From assembly GCA_030141605.1 (NCBI GenBank), contig JAQGDQ010001394.1, forward strand, positions 1-42,845: a DNA stretch of 42,845 bases, given 5' to 3'. Shown piece by piece: positions 35,582-42,845 of this stretch (the first letter of the stretch is position 1; every line of letters begins with the position of its first letter). The DNA is from Tubiluchus corallicola (lineage: Eukaryota; Animalia; Priapulida). A program made the position numbers and the translations under genes. Below the pieces are notes generated by a model. That model worked only from the letters and a program-made list of their open reading frames with translations. It did not search any database and had not been told where the DNA came from.

Positions 35582-36094
35582 AACATAAAGAATACGTTTT
35601 AGTAAATCCATTTGCTGTTTTGCCGCCAGCTATTCATTGTAAGAATTAACGATATTAACAAAATAACGATATTATGTAAAATCTGACATTTCTCAATGTC
35701 AAGCAGGTGATCAGGTGCATCAACGAACTTATTCTCAAAAAGCAATTTTTTATGATCATGTATGTTGTCATTGTTGTGTAACATTTTAATAGTTTAATTA
35801 CCATTAAAAGTACTTCTTGCATATAGACGTAAATAAATTACATAAATAAATAAATAAAGTCTCTTAATCGTACCTGATGAGTCCAACGAATAAATGGTTG
35901 AGTACATAACTATTACATTGATAAAAATCCGCTTTTCTATTCACATTCCCGATGCTAAGTTTCATTAGCTGATGGTTTTCCAAGTAGGGACTCTCACAGA
36001 AATCATTGTCAAATTTCCAGTAACCACATTTTAGCTGCTTTGGCGTGATGGATTTTACATATTACCATTTATCACTAGCTTCCACTGGCATTAG

Positions 36095-36440
36095 CAATAT
36101 TCTCTACCAGAAATCGAATTCGAATCAAATCAAATTTGTGGCTTTCGAATTCAAATCAAACCGAATTCCAATATTTCGAATTGAGTTTAAAACTTTTCGA
36201 ATAAGCTTTTGAACCCTCAGTAAAAGTGGTTTTCTAAAGGTCGTGCATACACCCTATTATTCGATTTTGTTCTGCAATATGAAAACACTAATAATTAGTT
36301 TAAAAATTACGTTTAGAAATTGTTACTAAATTGTGCTAATTGCATGATTTTTAACATGTTTTAATGACAAAAAAACATATGTGGTTGAAGTGCTGAATTA
36401 TACGAATATGTAATTTCAGGTCCGAATCGAATTCGAACAT
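36095..36440 (+). mobile_element. Partial hAT-type MITE of the GAATCGAA family
   Basis: ATTCTCTACCAGAAA.CGAATTCGAATC is shared with ~32980-33010; body is shared with 14275-14500. Confidence 0.65.
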
Positions 36441-36722
36441 ATGATATTCCCCCCTTACTTGTCAGTGGACTTAAAATTACTTAGCAAGTATACAATTAGT
36501 AAACAAGGTTAGTTGGTGATTTCATCAATTCTTCTTAAGTGTTGGCTCCAAAAAAAATTTAAAAGTACATAAACACCTAAAGAAGTTTTAACAATCATTA
36601 ATCAGTGCCATTTGTGAAGACACTGCCACTGTGTTTCATTTCAAAAGGTACACATAAATGTATTTTAAGGAAAATATACAAAGGCAATCCGGCTTTAATT
36701 GTTTTAATTGTTATAATATAAC

Positions 36723-36734
36723 TGTATATATGTA

Positions 36735-36789
<55 letters not shown>

Positions 36790-36806
36790 TAATGATATAT
36801 ATATAT
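36723..36806. repeat. (TA)n(TG)n microsatellite
   Basis: Directly visible. Confidence 0.9.
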
Positions 36807-39246
36807 AATTTAATAAAGCAATGATTCTTAAAAAACAATTAATATTATTGTGAGAGTTATGTAGGAAAATGCAGTGAGTCATCAAAAATTTAATAAACAA
36901 AAATAAAAAGCTGGGTAGAATTTTATTGGTGCCCAAATGTCTGCTGCTGTAATGTCCCGATGCCCAAATGTCCCATGCTTAAATGTTTCCTGCACAAATG
37001 ACCATGCCTAAATTTCATGATACATCATGTATCCTTTTTTGACAATCATAGTGCAAACAAACAAACAAATCCAACGACGACGAAAAAAATAATGAAACCA
37101 ATAAGTGCTCAACCTATAACAGCAATAAATGTAACTGACAATGGTATCATAAGTTTTTCGAGCATTGAAGTCGAAACTGCTGCTCATGTGCCACAGATAA
37201 AATGTTACGTAAATACAAAAGATTTCTGATATTGTTCTATTGGTCTATCTCTGGTTCTGACAGGTGATAAGAAAATTTTTAGGCGTGTAATAAAAACATG
37301 CGAAAAAATACCTACAAAGTAAGCAATACGCCTAGTTTTATTCTCTTTATGTTTTAATGGTCTTTAGCTTTACGCTAATGATACGATATTTATCCTCAGG
37401 GTGACTAAATTTGCCGTTAATCATGATAATGTTTCGGGGTACTGGTCTCCGCGCAAGTTGAAAAATGTTTGGAATTGCAGTTTCTAGGTGTAGATATTCC
37501 ACAGCTTAAATTTGCCAGTTGAAAAACAAGTCGTTCGTGGGTCTAATTAACTTGTTCTCTGCTGTGAATATTTGCAATCTATATTTAAATTTGATAAACT
37601 GAGTAGTAAAGAATGAAGGTGTAATCGCTTCTGTGGGAAAGCATGGCTGAATGGCCACGGTGTATTCTTAGCTGTGAAGTTGACCAGTGTCATGTTTGAT
37701 TCCGATTCTTCTTTGTTTGCCATTCCGTCTCTGTAATCATTTATTAAGCTATATGTACATATGTTAATTTTACTAACCCCAAATAGACAAATAAATTAAA
37801 TTGAATTGAATTGAAATTGAATTAAGCGTGACGTCTCCACATCAAAGCATATTGACAAAGTGTTCACACAGATGCTTTAATCAATACAAAGGAGCTTGTT
37901 TATCATGATAGGAAAATTTTCGCGCAAATCTGAAAACGAGTTCACAGTGATGTGATGCTAACAACGCGTATGACGTAGAATTGTAGATACTATTAAAATA
38001 TCTGAACTATTAACAGACTTCTGGCTTACGTTACAATTTTCCAATTTTGCCAATGAGAAAATGAACATTTTTTTAGATAATGAGCCAAATCGTGTTAAGT
38101 TACATAATAATAATTGTACACTGTGATTAATTTAATAGGTCTGCTAGGAATTTGGCATAAAAATACAATTCCTAACATGTTTTTGCTTCCTAAGTTCATG
38201 TTTATTCTAGTTCTAATGTGTAAATTAACAGTTTTTTGAACAGAGCCGTTAATACCTCAGATTAACTTGATAAGAATTGAAATTTCAGCTTGGAGAGAGA
38301 TACTCTTTGCAGTAGACTAGAATTGTTGTACTTGTACATTAGCAAAATTTGAAAAATGTGATGTAATAGCTTGTCTTGCAGCCTGATACCATCGACCGAT
38401 TATGTTTTATCATCTTCCAATATATTGCATTACGATTCAATGTATTGAATGAAAGTGTAGTGTTTCCATCGGGTACTCGAGTAATTACCCGCATTGTTCA
38501 TTACCCGAGCCCAATATTTCTACCCGCTTCCAACAATGAAAATGCAGACTTTATTTGCAATATTTCATCATTGTTAGAAAATTTAAAATTGAAACGTCAC
38601 CTTCTGCACTTCTCCTGGGCACTTCCACCAGCAGATATTAACTACTGCTTTGGCAGTGTGTCAAGCTAACAGCCAATAGTGTTACATTTAACCTGCACAC
38701 AAAAAAGGACATTATAGATTATTTTTTCCTCTAATCCCTATGTCAGTAGAGCTCAGTGGGGGACCTATCTGCATTTTCCTAGTTTATCCCACAGGGAATG
38801 GTCCTGAAGTCAATTTTAGCTCTTAACATCTACTCTCTAACGTTGTTGCTAATCTTTTTCCATTTGTCTAAAACGTTTGTTTAAAATACTTGTTTTCTTC
38901 ATCTTAAAAGCTAGAAATTATTACACATAACAATTTAGAAATGTCTAAGTATGTGTGTTTCAAAAGCAGCGTTTAAATTTATCTTGAAGCTGGTAACCAA
39001 TTGTTGGGCAAGCAGCTAAAAATTCTAACATATGTGGTTGTGAAAATCAATAATAATATAATTTTCAAATAACTTTTATGCAAAATTTAGAACAATCAAT
39101 ATATCTTTGAATTTTTTTATGTGTTTGTCTGCCTGTATACATACAATAATATGTTGCGAATGTCCCAATTAAGCATAAAAATCAAATCATATAACTTCTT
39201 CTGTTTCCTAGACGATGAGTTGACTTACCTGCTAAACAAAAGTACA

Positions 39247-39406
39247 ATGAGTAAAACAGATACGGCCCGAGATAGGGGCTTGAAGACTCCGAACAAGCCT
39301 CACGTCAACAGACCACCGGCTGGTTCTACCGGGGTGCTGATGGTCGGACCAAACTTCCGCGTAGGAAAAAAGATCGGTTGTGGTAACTTTGGTGAATTGC
39401 GATTAG
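39247..39406 (+). CDS. CSNK1G: Casein kinase I gamma (gilgamesh-like), coding exon 1
   Basis: MSKTD...[27 protein letters not shown](G), a CK1-gamma signature; acceptor TTCCTAG at 39211, donor G|GTACG. Confidence 0.93.
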
Positions 39407-39949
39407 GTACGCTGCGGCTGATTCATTTTATTTTTTTATTCATTTTAATACGTCTATGAACATAAAGCAAGAGGCTTATATGCCCATTAAAAACATCAGA
39501 AAATATGTTAACTGTGTGTAGAGAGTAAAATTACAAGTACAGAATATGTGGTACATGATTAGTACAACGTGCAAATAAATAAAAAGTGCAGGTAAAAAAA
39601 TGAAACTAGATTAGTGCGGTACAATCGCTTAATTATAGTAAAAAAATTACATCTTGCATTTTTGGGCTGAATTCTAGTGATTTTTTTAATACGTGTATTA
39701 CGATTTTAACCATATCTGTAGTAGTCAAATGTGTTTACGTGTTAGGATTTACGTACGTAAAATACATTTGTCAATTTTAATGTTAGTGCATTTTAAATAC
39801 CCAATAAATTAATTAAAATTAATAGCCAATTAATCATAGAAATTATTTTTTATTGCACGATTTTTACTTTTTAGTCTATTGTCTGAATTATTATCTCTTT
39901 AGAGTTTTTGCCCTGAATATTTTCAATAATCTGTTGTTTTATTTTATAG

Positions 39950-39990
39950 GAAAGAATCTCTATAACAATGAGCACGTGGCTATAAAATTG
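39950..39990 (+). CDS. CSNK1G: Casein kinase I gamma, coding exon 2 (41 nt)
   Basis: TTTATAG| (G)KNLYNNEHVAIKL |GTGAGT; contains the VAIK lysine. Confidence 0.92.
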
Positions 39991-41910
39991 GTGAGTATTT
40001 AGAGCTCGTTTTAATGCTCTTGTTAATCATTTGTAAATTTAATTTACTGTCAACGCAGTGGTGTAGGTAGAGGAAAGCAGGAGTGGTCTGCCCCGGGATA
40101 ATTACATATTGAATAGGCAACATGCATGAAGATATGGACGCAACAAGTCAAAGCTTGATGCTCGAAGACACAAGCAGTCATTACATTCATTTAAACTAAA
40201 GATCGAGTCTTCTGGAAAGCGGGGATGTTACCAAAACTGAATTTACAAACCAAAATTTATGAAACATAAGAAACTGCACCGAAACATTTTTGCAAAACCA
40301 ACGGAAAAAAGTAAATTTTTTTGTTTGTTTGCTTCTGTTTGCTCTCTGATACAAAATTACTGATAACAAAATACTTAATACAAAAAGGACAAGGAAGTTT
40401 GATGGATTGGCTTGCCTTAGAAAATGTGTTACAATGTTTTTGGATTTCAGTATCCTTAATGATTAACATTTAAAGATCATAATTCTTCAATAAAAATAAG
40501 CAAATTTTATTTTGTTGCCTATATTTCGTTAATTATAAAATTAAAAACAATTTTGCTCAAATAAATTCAAACATGGTTTGATATTTCGGTTGATTGGGCT
40601 TGGTGACCGTAACAGTGGTCAGTCCCGAAGGCACGCTGCCTTGGCGGTAAAAGCACGTCACAAAATGTTATGCAAACAAAATTTTCGCTTCGTTTTAACT
40701 AGTTTAACCAAGAGTTTTTCGGCGGTTTTTAACATCTAAGAGAAAAGAAAAGGTAAATTGGATACATACTAGTAAAACCTCAGAAAAATGCTACAGAAAA
40801 TCATCCGAAATTTCGGCTACGAAACTTAATATATTTTGCGGAAACCGAAACTTAACCAAAAGTGCAATTATCGGCAAACCGAACTGAAAATTTCATTTCG
40901 GCAACATCCCTGCTTATATTCTAAAATACTGAAAAAAGTTCTTATTTCTGGTTCCAGTTGTTACATGAGAAATTTATGAATTTAGTTCTTATTTTGTCTA
41001 AACAGTGTCTATTTTGTCTAAAAATTTTCTACGAAAATTTTTCTCATTTACTAAAATGGACAAATGTGTTCAAGGCAATGAACAATGGTGTCAGCATATG
41101 TTTGTAATATTCACAACATTTCTTTTCTCTGTAAGACATTGTTTCCTAAAGACTATTGCAGGTTTTTAAGTGAAATCCAGTTATACTCCAGAAATCCAAT
41201 TATGTAATTTATCATTCACCATTCAGTACAAACTGGGTCCATCGTGGGTAGAATGAGAAATACGGGACACTCTTAAAATACATATATAGATAGAGAGAGA
41301 GAGAGAGAGAGAAATTTATACATGTCTACACACCCAGACCAATATGTTTTAGAGACATGAGTTAAAAACATTAAGTAAGGATTTTAATGTGTTATGAGGA
41401 AAACGAAAAGTAAAATCATTCGAAAATTATTTAATATAAGCTAAAAAAATTCTGTAAAAGTGAAGTCATTTGAAAATATTCATTTAATACTGACAACAGA
41501 GAATTATGATTGTTATTTCCTCGCTACATTTGACTTATTTTCATCAAGAGAATCCGAGAAAAGAAAGTCTAATTACTTAGAAAGTTAAAACTAAGAACCG
41601 TAAGAACGTAGTAAAAATATATTTTTATTACGAAATTTGAAAATGAACCGAACACGGGACATTTGGGTGTCCCTGAAAGGTCAGTTCGAGACGGGATAAA
41701 ATTATCAAATATGGGACATGTTCCGTATATAAGGGACGTCTGGCAACCCCAATCATGGGTCCATTCTTACTGTGTCGATCAGAGCAAGTTTAAAACATAG
41801 TCAGCAACTTGTTTCCACATTTCAATTCTTTTGACTGTTTTGAATATTATTACGAAAGTTACTAGCTTACCGTCAAATATTATCACCTCGGTTATTTTGC
41901 TTGTATGGTA

Positions 41911-42326
41911 CGCACACATCTCGGTTTGCCGGACCTCGCTTTTACGGATCGGACAAGATCTATACCGTTAAAAAGTCTCGCATACTATGGGACACAGTAC
42001 ATTGTTTCGCAAGCTGACCGCTAGCTGGCGAGCCATCACTTTACTTACATCAATACATCAGGGTAACCACATGCATGTCTGTATATATAAAAATATAGAG
42101 TCAATTATGCGAAGTTATTTGAGTCAGTTGAAGACAGTTTTTATATACTTTTGCATAAGAGCGGCCCGTACTAGACGTTTTTGAGACAATTAGACGATTG
42201 ATTCTACATTACCATGAGTCTAATACACGGTGCCTACTGTATTAGCTTAGCATGGGAAAATACGAACAATCTGCAAATTTGGATTAACGTCTCCCCGCTT
42301 TTATCCGGCAAACCGAGATATGAGTG
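41911..42326. mobile_element. TA-flanked MITE (Tc1/mariner-like)
   Basis: TA|CGCACACATCTCGGTTTGCCGGA ... TCCGGCAAACCGAGATATGAGTG|TA. Confidence 0.75.
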
Positions 42327-42371
42327 TATAGTGAATTGCAACATTAATAGTGATTTTACTGTTAACTTTAG

Positions 42372-42441
42372 GAACCAATGAAATCACGTGCTCCTCAGCT
42401 GCACTTGGAATATAGATTTTACAAAATGTTGGGCCAACACG
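42372..42441 (+). CDS. CSNK1G: Casein kinase I gamma, coding exon 3 (gene continues beyond the window)
   Basis: CTTTAG| [23 protein letters not shown] |GTAAGT. Confidence 0.93.
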
Positions 42442-42845
42442 GTAAGTTTATGTTAAAGGAAAATCAGACGACTGTGTAGACATTAGTTCAAAATAAAGAA
42501 TGCTCCAAATTACTGAAAACTACAATAGCTTTTTTTAAACTTAGGCTTAGGTTAAATAATAATTACCTCGGATGGTTAAATTTTGTTAAACCTTCACAGC
42601 TACACTCAGCTCAGCGAATACTAAGACTGGCAATGGTGCCTTTTTGTCACATTCGCATGGCCGACAGATAGGTGCAGTACCTTGATAAACGTGATCACAA
42701 ACAACAGTTTTCATACGAGACGTGACATCACATCGGCATCTTATAGCAATCTTTGCTTACTTTGTCCTGCAAGTCTCCATTGAAACATAAGCATTGTCGG
42801 AAGTGGTGCTGACAAGCCACTGGCGTAGCAGTGTCTAGTTTTTTG

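Noticed and set aside
35874-35900. CTGATGAGTCC as a possible hammerhead core
   Set aside because: No complementary GGAC-GAAA follows, so stem II and the core cannot be completed.
36930-37015. ~15-bp periodic GCCCAAATGTC repeats
   Set aside because: Probably a transposon subterminal remnant; no partner end or TSD found.
41249-41751. Possible hAT element with GGGAC repeats
   Set aside because: The right end and a 7/8 TSD-like match are visible, but the left TIR is not, so it was not called.

Overview
AT-rich, intron-containing animal (probably invertebrate) genomic DNA, not prokaryotic. Four spliced protein-coding genes can be rebuilt by hand. SSR2/TRAP-beta (+, 5 coding exons, 189 aa) has one U12-type minor intron. 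BBS2 (-, 727 aa) has only 3 coding exons. The La autoantigen gene SSB (-, 490 aa) has 2 coding exons. Casein kinase I gamma (+) shows its first three coding exons and runs off the window. The rest is dense in mobile DNA: a head-to-tail tandem of non-autonomous Helitrons (371-4626), hAT and Tc1/mariner MITEs with target-site duplications (TSDs), two tRNA-derived SINEs, decayed RTE, CCHC-LINE and Penelope fragments, and minisatellites. The most notable item is a 307-bp RTE-derived retroelement (35274-35580, -) with a perfect 15-bp TSD, whose first nucleotide is the cleavage-site A of a near-canonical twister ribozyme. A degenerate Penelope-type hammerhead lies antisense inside the U12 intron. 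All calls are by eye; no searches were run.
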